This document shows, one piece after another, positions 1 through 11,710 of a stretch of 64,000 bases of DNA. The translations under genes were made by a program, and so were the position numbers. The notes under the pieces are model-generated. The model was not told where the DNA came from. It ran no database searches and saw nothing but the letters and a program-made list of their open reading frames with translations. Position 1 is the first letter of the stretch. Every line of letters starts with the position of its first letter. Source of the stretch: Octopus sinensis (taxonomy: Eukaryota); the NCBI RefSeq assembly GCF_006345805.1, contig NC_043005.1, forward strand, positions 69,006,001 to 69,070,000. Direction: 5' to 3'.

Positions 1-698
1 TGTGAGAATGTGTGACGGAATTCATCTCAATTCAAGTTCAAATCTTTGGTCTATTAACTATTCACGGTATGAATTTGCGTTGAACGATCGAATTTTTATT
101 CCATGAATGTGTTGTTGTTTCACATAACAAAGACTATACTGACGAAAATCTATTTTACATGAATCTGCTTCATTTATGTGACAGAAGTTCTAAGCCAGAG
201 CGTGTTTTTTTTTTTCCAAAAGAGGAAAAGTAAATAATCACGCAGACATATGCGAAGTCCTTATAATACACATTATGCTAACTTTAATCTGGAAAAAAAA
301 CTCTTACTTGTGATCAACATTGCATTTCATTCGCATATATGCACATACGCATGCAAATTACATACATTCATACATAACTGTGAATGGAAGCCTGCACAAA
401 AACGCTACTGCATATGTGTGTGTATATACGCTCGTATACATACGTGCGCATACACGAACACAAAGACTATCATATACATATACATATGTAGCTAGTAATT
501 ATGGACAAAAACTAAAGTCATCGACATTTATATAACATTTCAATCAATATAGTGTCAGTATAGTGTCGTAAGCATGGGACAAGAATGAAATGCAGAAAAT
601 CTGCACCTATTCACACATTGCACAGACGTAAGAACTACATATGTAGATAATATTTAAATGCATATATATTTATGAGTGTGCGCGTGTGTGTCTATTTG

Positions 699-729
<31 letters not shown>

Positions 730-1344
730 CTCGCTCTCTCTCCTCGTTTAAATTATTTCGTTAACTAACAAAAAAATCTGTAAAATGTCCCCAATCAATA
801 AAATAATTGTTAGCATACATCTCATCGTATGTAAAAATAAATACACATCCACATTTATATTCTTCGTAAATTTAGAATAAATCCATAATAAATACAAAGC
901 AAAATAAACAAACAACACATTTCACCACTAAAATAATTTTCGGGAAACATATACTTCTAATTAAAGCCCCACATTTAAATTCGTCTTAATCGTTTTATAG
1001 TCTTTTATCTAACTCATGCAATCGATTTTGTATAAATAACAATCTGGTACAGTGTAACTAAACTTCGACGTCTACACGAGATATTAGTATCCTTAATGAA
1101 GGAAATAGCCATACTGGAATGGAATTTAAATCGGTATCTGCTCTTACCACTATGTTCCTGAAAAGGCCTTATGATGTATACGTTACTTTTCAGATTTAGA
1201 CTTTAATTTGGATTTCTACCTTCCAAATTTCCATACGTTCTTCTGAGCTTTAGTATTAGCGCATCTGGTGCAACGAAGAGATCTTCTATGTACAAATTCA
1301 TGTGATTAAATATCGCTGAATATTGTTTATACATAGAGACATGC

Positions 1345-1386
1345 ATACATACATACATACATACATATACACACACACGCACGTAT

Positions 1387-1484
<98 letters not shown>

Positions 1485-1502
1485 CATATATATATATATA
1501 TA
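1345..1502. repeat. Compound (TACA)n/(CA)n/(TA)n microsatellite
   Basis: Directly visible simple repeats; source of the spurious YI/CV-rich ORFs at 1203-1631. Confidence 0.97.
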
Positions 1503-1690
1503 ATGAGTAGGTACAATAAATTTAGGACCTGTACCGCGACATCCTTTGTGTCCTGTTTTCCATTTTATTCATTTGATACATATCAATATATATATAAGGA
1601 AAATAAGGCAAGGTCGAAATTGCTGAAATAATCCTTTCGTGAAGAACATTTTAATACCGATTTCAGCCTTTGCGACTTTTCAACTTAGAG
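1503..1690 (-). mobile_element. Degenerate (TA)n-anchored Penelope-like terminal-repeat remnant with eroded hammerhead-like motif
   Basis: Abuts a (TA)n tract. Minus strand near 1655-1685 reads TTGAAAAGTCGCAAAGGCTGAAATCGGTA, resembling CTGAAGA-stemII-GAAAC with several substitutions. Confidence 0.35.
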
Positions 1691-1979
1691 TAAAGAATGA
1701 AAAACAATGAAATTAAATTAAATGTTTTAAAAATATTTCCCTTAGTTTTCAAATATACGGGACGTTTTTTTTTTACAGTCTCTCTTTTACTTTTGTGAAT
1801 GTTCTGTAGTATGTAGTACGTAGTAGCAGATCTAATCGAGTATATTTGATAAGAGTGTTGTGATTTCTTGGTGTTGATCGTTTAAATTGTTTAAATGTCG
1901 ACGTGTGGGTAAATATATAGTACTCCACGGAAGAATCTTGGTAACAGTGTCCCTGCCAGTAAAGGTTGACAAACCTCCA

Positions 1980-2210
1980 TCTTCTTCTTTTTCTTCTTCT
2001 TCTTCTTCTTCTTCTTCTTCTTCTTCTTCTTCTTCTTCTTCTTCTTCTTCTTCTTCTGTTTCTCCTACCCTTTCTTCTCATTCTTCATCTTCTTCATCAT
2101 CGTCATCTTCATCATCATGATCATCATCATGATCATCATGATCATCATCATCATGATCATCATCATCATGATGATGATCATCATCATCTTCTTCTTCTTC
2201 TTCTTCTTTC
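1980..2210. repeat. Compound (CTT)n/(CAT)n/(CTT)n trinucleotide microsatellite
   Basis: Directly visible; explains the poly-R/S/L/H ORFs at 1773-2316. Confidence 0.97.
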
Positions 2211-2355
2211 GGCTTCTTTTAACGCTCCACTCCCCCCTTCTCTCCCACTTCTATCATTATATGAATCCACCCACTTGATCCCCGCCTATATAAACTTTGA
2301 TCCCCATCCCATATAAACTTTAATGTTTTAATTTTTCTATCTTCCCTATACTTAC

Positions 2356-2588
2356 GTAAGAACAAGGTCTGATAGACTGAGAATGTAATAACATTACTTT
2401 GAAGCAAGTCTAACGAAGTGCCTCTCTAATGACGTAAACTGCATATATTACGTAAGGTTTCTTCTAGAATTTTCGTGCAACTTCCGATGCACATCGAGAT
2501 GGTAGTGAAACATTGAAAACTTATAATTAAAGATGTGTTAAATGATTTAATCATTTTCATATATATGTGTGTATGTGTGTATATATGC

Positions 2589-2600
<12 letters not shown>
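2356..2600 (-). repeat. Copy A of a triplicated unknown segment (homologous to 13775-14020), ending in a GTAAGT donor-like site
   Basis: GCAAGTCTAACGAAGTGCCTCTCTAATG...TTAAAGATGTGTTA aligns by eye with 13861-14000. Minus translation FNTSLIISFQCF...RNICSLRH*RGTSLDLLQSNVITFSVYQTLFL, then |GTAAGT at 2355-2350. Confidence 0.7.
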
Positions 2601-2659
<59 letters not shown>

Positions 2660-2662
<3 letters not shown>

Positions 2663-2800
2663 GGCATTATTACACATACATGCCACACGCTAAGAGGGAC
2701 AAAATTAGTCATCTCTACCAAACATTTTACTAAAAATTTCGGTAGAAATGACTAATTTTGTCCCTCTTAGCGTGTGGCATGTATGTGTAATAATGCCCTC
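2660..2800. mobile_element. 141-bp foldback MITE with perfect 53-bp terminal inverted repeats, inside a (TA)n tract
   Basis: 2660-2712 (GAGGGCATTATTACACATACATGCCACACGCTAAGAGGGACAAAATTAGTCAT) is the exact reverse complement of 2748-2800; the interior also partly pairs; TATA on both flanks. Confidence 0.85.
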
Positions 2801-2929
2801 TATATATAAATTAATATGTTCAATAAGAAAGAATTATTTTCGAAATTTTTTCTCTTATGAGGTCTTTCACGCTATCTACCTGATAATTTCTTGTTAAGTT
2901 TTCCTTATTAAGAAGTTGTCCTTAATTGC

Positions 2930-2968
<39 letters not shown>

Positions 2969-3024
2969 AAATGCACAGACACACATGCACTCAAACACAC
3001 ACACACATATATACGTATGTATAT

Positions 3025-3430
3025 ACTCTTTACTCTTTTACTTGTTTCAATCATTTGACTGTGGCCATGCTGAAGCACCGTCTTTAGTCGAGGGCATCGA
3101 CCCCAGGACTTATTCTTTGTAAACCTAGTACTTATTCTATCGGGCTTTTTTGCCGAACCGCTAAGTTAAAGGGACGTAAGCACATCAGCGCCGGTTGTCA
3201 AGCGATGTTGGGGGGGGGGGCAAACACAGACAAACAAACACACACACATATACATACGTATGAATATATACGACGGGCTTCTTTCATTTTCCGTCAACCA
3301 AATCCATTCACAAAGATTTGGTCGGCCCGAGGCTATAGTAGAAGACACTTGCCCAAGGTGCCACGCAGTCGGACTGAACCCGGAACCATGTGGTTGATAA
3401 GCAAGCTACTTAACACACAGCCACTCCTCT
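3025..3430 (-). mobile_element. tRNA-derived SINE, family A (GGAGTGGCTGTGTGGTAAG head)
   Basis: Near-full-length reverse copy of the family at 11452, 23798 and 45633: A/B-box-like head, CCTTGGGCAAGTGTCTT segment, (AAGAGTA)n tail. Confidence 0.9.
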
Positions 3431-5002
3431 ATATGCATATATATGTAAAGGTAAGATCCAGGGATCATGATGTAGGATCTTTGTGAGATTCAAGCAATCC
3501 GTGAAAATAGAAGGATCAATTTTCTGGAGAAAAAGTGGTTTATTGGGGAAGAATGTGCATTTTCCCCATATCGAAGTAAGCTAAGCTAAAAATAAGTTAA
3601 TTTTGTAGTTCACTGTTAGCAACAGGGGTTGGTGCATATACGAATACAAACATTAGTGAATGTAGCAGATAACATCAAGCTACACATGTTTCACATCTAC
3701 TGGAACTTCGGAAGAAGTAAATTATGTAACCGAAATGTAAACTGAATACTACACTTTATCTTAATGTTTCAAGACGAACATCATTTCTCTTTGTGATTGG
3801 CTCGAAAACTTGCTAAGATATTAAGATATGTTCTTATTATGAAACCAAGCGGGATTTTATCCACCAATGTGGTGTTGAGCACTCATTAGTAAAATGTGTC
3901 CTATATTATAATACATAGTAAAGATAAGATTTTTAATAATTGTAGGATCTCTTTCTACTATAGTCATACTTGTTGTTTTTTTTACTCGTCTGTCATTAGT
4001 TTAAATATACTATTTTATACAATGGTAAATACACCTTGCACATCATCGCAGGAATCAGTTCATGTTATAGATGTTTTGTTGACAGGACTTTTGAGAGCCA
4101 AATTTCGTTAAACAGCCAGCAAATATTCGTGGTTTCTTTAAACTGCCGCAGATTGTATCATCTATAAATTGTTCTCATTTCTTAAATTTAGTGAAACATA
4201 AATATCACTTTGTATTTATGTTCTTTGAAGCTTAAGATAACCATTATGTATTTTTCCTTAATTAAAACTGTAAACATTCGGAAGATTATTTCGCTATATT
4301 GCATCAGAATAGTCATTGATAGTTCCTATGGTCTCAAATACAGAAATGCTTTGGTTCAGATCCATGCTAGCGTTCGGTATTTATTTTGAGAGACAATATA
4401 AACTTCCTCTATACTTGATTATTATGCAGCTACAAAGTTCATTAAAAAGTGTAGAACAGTTAAAACTAGGGTGTTGAAGATAATATATTATATTTGGTTG
4501 GTGGAGTGAATACATGGATTTCATTTATGGTTATTTATTTAAGGTAGCTAAAACAGCCAGGCAAAACATGAGTATTACATTACATGTTTCTTCGCATGCG
4601 GTCGAAATAACGAACATACGTGTAAAATTATATGTGAGAGTTGAATTCTTTAAGTCTTTAGACTTAAAGAATTCAACGTTCACGTTAATCTCTCACTGGA
4701 CCAATGATATGTACACAACGATATTGTATACGCTTCTGAAGACACCGATCTCTAAGATGTTATAACGGAATTGAGAAAGTCAAATACACCCACATATATA
4801 TATATATATAAATCTACATTTGATATATATTTACTTCGTATAGTAAGACAAAATATTAAGAAACGAGTGAAAGAATAGAATTGTAGAACTGTGTTTCACC
4901 AGAATAACATGTATTAATTTTGGGTCATAGCTGGCTTCCATCGATATTTAGAACTAAATTGTTAATGCGTCTTATTAACATCATGCCAATCGTTGATCAG
5001 GG

Positions 5003-5029
5003 TTATATATATATATATAATATATATTA

Positions 5030-5079
<50 letters not shown>

Positions 5080-5130
5080 ATATATATAATATATATATAT
5101 ATATATTATATATATATATATATATAATAT

Positions 5131-5185
<55 letters not shown>

Positions 5186-5366
5186 TAATATATATATATA
5201 TATTTACTTATTTATATGTTTGTATTTTCAGATAAATATTCAAATAAACCAGTTCTGTTTACTGATTTGATTCAGAAGAATTTTAAGCGGCTACATGATC
5301 TGCAATTGCGCTTATACATACGTACCTACATATACAAACATACATTTACATATTTATATATATTAT

Positions 5367-5421
<55 letters not shown>

Positions 5422-5430
5422 GTATGTATG
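5003..5430. repeat. Two long interrupted (TA)n microsatellites
   Basis: Directly visible at about 5003-5205 and 5350-5430. Confidence 0.95.
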
Positions 5431-6029
5431 TGTGTGTATGTATATATGTGTGCATGTGTGTGTGTATTCATACACAAATATATTCATATATATATATATA
5501 CTGATATATATATTCGTATATATATACACGGACGCTCACGCAGGGACACACATGCATATATGTATGTGTGTATAAATGGGTGTTTATATGTAAACCTATA
5601 CATATGTGAATATGTATATTATAAATAGAGAATAAGCAAGCAAAACTTGGTGATACTTTAGAACATTTAATTTATGTCTCTTTCAGATGACTTAATAGTT
5701 AGATTACGTGGAGAACCGTGATAAATAACGTATGTTGCACATGTTTAGATATCCTAGAGACGTCTATTTGAATTATAAATTAAATTGTCGAAAGTAGTAG
5801 CGCATATTTTGTTTGTTTACTCTAAATTTCTAATTTATATACTCCCACTCTACCATGAAGCACTTCCAGCAATCTTTCATATGAAACTTAAACACCAACT
5901 TCCTTTTCAATAGTAGAGAAGCCAGATATGTAGTGGTGAACAAAACCGAGTACTTGCAATTCATGCCTATTTCATTACGTCAAAAAAAGTCATGTGTGGA
6001 GATTTTTTTCTCATCACTTCTACTTAAAT

Positions 6030-6158
6030 GTTACCTATGTCGCCCCTGTTTCTGAAGACGAGCTATGCTTGAAACATAAACCTTATTCTTCTTTCGCTGA
6101 GCAGCTTATCAATACTTTGCACGTGCTACGTCCTTCCCCGCTTTTTTTATTAGTTAAC
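6030..6158 (+). mobile_element. Penelope-like terminal-repeat fragment with minimal hammerhead motif, next to (TA)n
   Basis: 6048-6082 GTTT-CTGAAGA-C-GAGC-TAT-GCTT-GAAAC-ATA-AAC. The downstream CTGAGC...AATACT...ACGTCCT parallels the elements at 24569, 30133 and 62254. Confidence 0.6.
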
Positions 6159-6161
6159 TAT

Positions 6162-6209
<48 letters not shown>

Positions 6210-6423
6210 CGAAACGGCGGAAGAACCTACCGGACGACAATAAATATACACGGACAGATGGAAAGGTTCAAGACAGATAAAAGAGGATAGTAGAGAGATT
6301 AAAAAATGCCAAGAATTGGGAGAGAAGAGATGTACTTGTATAGCACGTGACCTGTTCTGAGACTGTGTACTGGACCAAAAAAAACTGCAGCGTTTATGAG
6401 CCATTTAAAAACACCCTAACATC

Positions 6424-6598
6424 GTTAGATGAACTTCAGCATTTAAATTTAATTTGCCAAAATATTTTAGTCTCTTTGTTCAATGTTTACTGATAAATTC
6501 CGAGTTGCAGCACGGAATTGTGTCAGTGAACAAGTCACGGTTTCAAAGCGACGAAAACATTTTAGCAACTTAAATTTAAATGTTGAAGTGAAGCTAAC
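6424..6598. mobile_element. 175-bp degenerate foldback MITE
   Basis: GTTAG..ACTTCAGCATTTAAATTTAA pairs with TTAAATTTAAATGTTGAAGT..CTAAC; internal TTTACTGATAAATTCCG pairs with CGGAATTGTGTCAGTGAA. Confidence 0.75.
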
Positions 6599-6619
6599 AA
6601 TTTTGTGTTTTACACCTGC

Positions 6620-6679
<60 letters not shown>

Positions 6680-6689
6680 TAATCAAAAT

Positions 6690-6920
6690 AAAAATATGAT
6701 GCCAAAGATTCAGCGGTACATATGTTTCGGGCCTTTATTAGACGGATTTATAACAATGCATAATGTGTGTCTATGGCCTTCTTCAGCCGCGCACATTTAC
6801 TACTTCAAGGACATGTATTACATCATAGATTCTAAATTGTGGATGTAAATCCTCACAGTCGCGTACGATAGACTGGGGCACTAGCACAAAAACGAAGAGT
6901 CCATCCCGTATATCACTCAA
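6690..6920 (-). mobile_element. (TA)n-flanked short element with hammerhead-like core and extended stem II
   Basis: Minus strand: CTGAAGA-A-GGCC-ATAGAC...GTCT-AATAAA-GGCC-C-GAAAC-ATA; (TA)n tracts on both sides. Confidence 0.45.
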
Positions 6921-6930
6921 TATATATATA

Positions 6931-6977
<47 letters not shown>

Positions 6978-7190
6978 GTATATATATATATAAATAGATG
7001 AGTGTATTTTACCTTGTTAACAATTAACACGGAAAAATATATAAATAGTTACCAGGGCAGCAAAATTCTCACTGAGGAGAAGATTGCATTGTTTATACCA
7101 TTTATTCTCTTGAATAGTATCAGTGAAATATTTGAAACATGTGTAGAAAGTAAAAATATTTGATTACACCTGCGTTAACTCCATTTTTTA

Positions 7191-7248
<58 letters not shown>

Positions 7249-7252
7249 CATA

Positions 7253-7318
<66 letters not shown>

Positions 7319-7456
7319 CTGTATATGTGCATGAGTTTTGTAATGCGTGCGTGTGCGGGCGCGCGGGGTTGTAAGTACGTATATTAAAATGAGAAAGGTG
7401 TAGATAAATAGCTAAATAGACGATGTGAAAGAATGATACATACATGCATACATAAA

Positions 7457-8501
7457 TATCGGGTCATCCAACAAATACTGTGTTTTTTTTTCAGTTATAT
7501 GAACAAAAAGTCAGAGTCGGTTGGGATAAACTACCTGAATTGCTATAAAAAAGATAATAAAATCACCTGCTACTTATTCTTAGTGCAAGTTTTAACGATT
7601 GCAGTTCGATTTTAACAGTTAGGTTTTCGAAGCTATAATGGAAATGACAAGGAGCATATTCAGTATGGTTTGCTTTATGAGTTCAATAAAGATAACACCG
7701 CAACGGGGAGAAAGAGGAATATTAAAGCATTATACGGGAATCGAACAATAAGCGTAAGCCAGTGTCGACGGTGGTCCTAGAAATTCCGATCAAGAAACTA
7801 CAGCCTAGAAGACGAGCCTTGTCATGGTAGATCTGTCGAACAAAATCACATCGTAACTGCTGACGAACTAGCAGAGAATCTTGAATTTTGTCATTCAACC
7901 ATTTACCGACACCTGCGTTCCATCGGAAATTTTTTTAAAAATTGGGCCAATGGGTTCCTCACAAAATTACCGGGTAAATGTGTGCTCTTTCTTGCTGTCA
8001 TGTCTCATGAATGAAGTCATTTTGGATCAATAGTGACTGGTGACGAGAATTGGGTTCCCTATAAACATGTCGAGCTGTTAGGGAAAGGAAAAATACCGGC
8101 ATATCAGGCAAATAGAAGGTCTTCACCCATGTAAGGTGTTGTTATCTATTTGGTGGGATATAAAAGGCATAGTCCGCTTTTAACATTTAAATGATAAGAA
8201 AGTAGATCTACTGCGAGTAGCTTGAGAAGCTTAAGTCAGCACTAGAAGAAAAGCGACCATCCTTGGTTTCAAGACGAAAGGTGTACTTCCATTAGGATAA
8301 TGCTCAGCTACATACAGTGAGAATGAAATTCCAAAGGCTGGAACAGTTTCAGTGGGAAACGATGCCCTACTCACCATATTCGCAGGACATTAACACATCT
8401 GAGTATCATTTATTCCGCAGTCTTCAAAATAATTTCTTAATCTTATTGTTGAAGAATAAAGAAGTATACAAAAAGCATTATTTATGGGATGACTGAATAT
8501 A
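7457..8501 (+). mobile_element. Mariner (DD34D-type) DNA transposon, near complete but inactivated
   Basis: Degenerate TIRs TATCGGGTCATCCAACAAATA (7457) and TATTTATGGGATGACTGAATA (to 8499). Translated remnants: KEHIQYGLLYEF, RRW*KFRSRNYSLEDEP..GR, WVPHK, IVTGDENWV, KVLLSIWWDIKG, H*DNAQLH, YSPYSQDINTSEYHLFRSLQN; several stops and frameshifts. Confidence 0.92.
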
Positions 8502-9569
8502 CACATAATTCTTGTATGGCTATCTTGAATTGTTATCTAATGTAAATGTTTCCTCTATTAGTAGTATTTATATACTGAAACATAATCCAACGCACGTTTA
8601 TTTGCCACTTCTTATGATCATTTATAAGTTCACTATATCATGTCATCTTTTCAAACATTAGTAGCATCAAATGACTACAGATGAAATTGTGCTTTCATAA
8701 TTAGTAGAGATAAGAGCTTTATCAGATACGAGTTTATGGAATTATATCTCAAGTGTATATCTCAATAATAGAGTCAAGTACGTAGAATATACTAGCAGTG
8801 TTAGATGAAAAATATGCTGCCCTTTATGTATGCTTAAAATTATTTATATATTTAATACCGGTCTTCATATACTTTTCTAACAACAGATATTAATGAAAGC
8901 TAGAACTAGTGTAATATTTTGTTAGAAATATTAATAATGGCCCAGATGTATGTACATGCAATTCCAAAAATGTTGTCAAATTATTTACTGTAGATAATAA
9001 AAGTTAAAGCTCGTATGAAACTATTGAAAATGAGATTATATCATCGTTACAACTACAAAAGTTGCGTCGATATATGTAATACTTCAATAAACAGGTTGCC
9101 TCGCATTTGAGAGTAGAACGTATATAATTATGACTCACGGTAGTTTATAGGAAGCCACTGAAGACGAAGCCCCCTAACTAAATTTCCGAATGAAATTTAA
9201 TCTGTAGATATTGGACTCTGATGAATGCGTAGCAGCATGTATGAAAAAGTGTACGTATTCATGTTGGAATATATGCACGCATGTACGCACACAAACATAC
9301 TCACAAACAAATACATACACGCTAACAAACACACACACACAAGAACATGCACACGCACATATATGGGTAGGTATTTGCAAGCATATAGGGTGCGATGGGT
9401 AAATGTTGTCATTTTATACTTTGAATTTCACGCATGCGCTTTATTTGTTATTGATTTTGGCGACTACAGAGTATTGTAGGCCAGCTGTTCAACGTCTGTG
9501 AAAAAGAAAGCACAATGACACAAATCCCTCTGTAAAACATTTGAAAACTACATGCTGTACTGCTTTGCA

Positions 9570-9726
9570 TTCGCGCCGCAAGCTCTAACACGAACAGATG
9601 GTGAACGCACGGAAAAAGCGTTGGCTTGCAGTGTCCCCATCACATATACTGAGAGTGATAAAAATCAAACATCCATTCAACATCATGGTGTATGGAGTGA
9701 TCACTAATGACAGCAATGCTATGTTT

Positions 9727-9735
<9 letters not shown>
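9570..9735 (+). mobile_element. Tc1/mariner-superfamily transposase fragment
   Basis: ORF 9598 MVNARKKRWLAVSPSHILRVIKIKHPFNIMVYGVITNDSNAMFP resembles the QxxRWL...KHPxxIMVFGVV..G.VMPP region after the first catalytic Asp; truncated at (TA)n. Confidence 0.65.
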
Positions 9736-9770
<35 letters not shown>

Positions 9771-10390
9771 GCATATATATGTTTATATATATATGTATGT
9801 ATATATATAATAATAAGATGAAATAATAGAGAGGTAGTTAATACATTATACTTTATTAATTAAATAACATTGATAAACATACCTTAAAGCTGTTTCAAGT
9901 CAGACTCTCACAAAATTAATTAATTAAATTAAAAATATTTTGAAAATAAATCGAATGTCTTCAGAGGTAGATAAAGATATACGAAGTGAGTGTTCAATTT
10001 CCTCATGTTACAGAAATTGGATCGCACAGAGTACTTTTGAAACTAACCTTCTCCTCCACACCATCACGAAAGTGCCTAAGTATTCTCACAAAAAATTTCA
10101 GGGCAGCCCAGCCTATTCAAAATCACCGAAAGTGCAACTCTATTTATAAAATGAAACGCTTTTGTACAATAAAAACTTGATATGAGTCTATATCCTGTTT
10201 GATGTTATTCTCTTGTAGTTGTCTAGCTGCAAATATCATATCCATGATACTCCTACCACCCCTAAGCCCACATGGGGATTCTGGTAGAACGTCATCAGCA
10301 ATGTATCAGGGATTATCCTGCAAAGGACCTTTCCAGCTACACCTAACAGAGACTGACTCCATGAAAATTACCAGCCATGCGTTTAACCTT

Positions 10391-10543
10391 ATTTACTTTA
10401 TTTACATTATTTCCATTTGACGAATATTTGTCCTCATCATTTGTGTTGTTAACAGAACGTTTCGTCTGATATACCTTCCAGCCTTTATTAGGTGTCTTAG
10501 GGAAATTTCGAACCTGGGTTCTTGTTCCTAATGTATTTTTCGA

Positions 10544-10545
<2 letters not shown>
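10391..10545 (-). mobile_element. (AAT)n-anchored Penelope-like terminal repeat, left arm of inverted pair (hammerhead core mutated)
   Basis: Reverse complement matches 10950-11110; core reads CTAATAA instead of CTGATGA, followed by AGGCTGG..TCAGACGAAACGTTCTGTT. Confidence 0.75.
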
Positions 10546-10616
<71 letters not shown>

Positions 10617-10628
10617 CAGGCAGTGACT

Positions 10629-10676
<48 letters not shown>

Positions 10677-10902
10677 TAATAATAATAATAATTATAATAA
10701 ACATTGACTAGTACAACACTAAGTACAACATTCACGAGTACAACATTAAGTAATACATTCACTAGTACAACACTAAGTACAAAACCAAATATATAGCAAC
10801 CTAGGTATAACACCAACATGAACTTCCAACTTGTTGCCTCTTAAGGTCTCTGGGTGAGACTTGGAGCCAACTTGTACAAATGTAAAGCAAAAGTCAAACA
10901 TA

Positions 10903-10950
<48 letters not shown>
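10546..10950 (+). repeat. (ATT)n/(AAT)n tracts, an AGTACAACA minisatellite and a probable R4/Dong 3' UTR fragment ending in (AAT)n
   Basis: AGGTCTCTGGGTGAGACTTGGAGCCAAC (about 10843-10870) recurs at about 21604-21630, right after an R4/Dong-like C-terminal coding remnant. Confidence 0.7.
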
Positions 10951-10952
<2 letters not shown>

Positions 10953-11122
10953 TCGAAAAATAACTTAGGAATGAGAACCCAGTTTCGAAATTTCCCCAAG
11001 ACACCTGATGAAGGCTGGAGAGTATATCAGCCGAAACGTGTTAATAACAAACACGATGAGAACAAATATTTGTCAAATGTAAATAATGTAAATAATGTAC
11101 ATAATTCCTCATCCCTTAAATA
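10950..11122 (+). mobile_element. (AAT)n-anchored Penelope-like terminal repeat, right arm, with intact CUGAUGA/GAAAC hammerhead core
   Basis: 11000-11043 GACAC-CTGATGA-A-GGCTG-(10 nt)-CAGCC-GAAAC-GTGTT. Confidence 0.78.
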
Positions 11123-11451
11123 AAGAACAGTATGCATTTCACCTTTCGATTCATAGAGTATTTCCATAAGCGCATCCCACCAAACCTGAGGAACAAATTC
11201 ACTATTCCAACCCCCAGAATCACACCTGTCAACAGAAATTTTCACCTTCATATTTGTTTTTCTCTGTACCTAATCTATCCATAGCAAGGTTTTTTTTCTC
11301 TTTACAATTTCGCGATAGGCGCTTTTATCTCAGTCTCGTCTTTCAGGTATTTTATCATGAACAGAGAGATCAACTTCGGTGGGTCTATTGAGCAACACAT
11401 CAAAGTGCTATTTCCATCACCCAACGATATTTTTAAGATTTTAAAATAATT

Positions 11452-11710
11452 GAGTGGCTGTGTGGTAAGTAGCTTGCTAACCAACCACATGGTTCTGGGT
11501 TCAGTCACACTGCGTGGCATCTTGGGCAAGTGTCTTCTGCTATAGCCCCGGGCCGACCAATGCCTTGTGAGTGGATTTGGTAGACGGAAACTGAAAGAAG
11601 CCTGTCGTATATATGTATATATATATGGGTCGATTTGCTCGACTAAAGGCGGTGCTCCAGCATGGCCGTAGTCAAATGACTGAAACAAGTAACAGAGTAA
11701 AAAGAGAGAG
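11452..11710 (+). mobile_element. SINE family A, internally deleted, inserted in the RTE relic
   Basis: GAGTGGCTGTGTGGTAAGTAGCTTGC head and GACTGAAACAAGTAA tail; the central block seen in other copies is missing. Confidence 0.9.

Noticed and set aside
1203-1315. Possible exon (P)IFNHMNLYIEDLFVAPDALILKLRRTYGNLEGRN with cadherin-repeat-like spacing (PxF, AP, EGxN), phase-compatible with the donor at 2355
   Set aside because: It lacks the acidic Ca-binding residues (E, DxD), a stop follows immediately, and no further cadherin sequence is nearby; likely chance.
5655-5700. Short AG...GT-bounded plus-strand segment (DLIVRLRGEP*)
   Set aside because: Splice-like dinucleotides are common in 64 kb and nothing else supports it.
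6207-6420. (TA)n-adjacent purine-rich segment starting CCCGAAACGG
   Set aside because: Probably another repeat, but there is no second copy, core motif or terminal structure to classify it.
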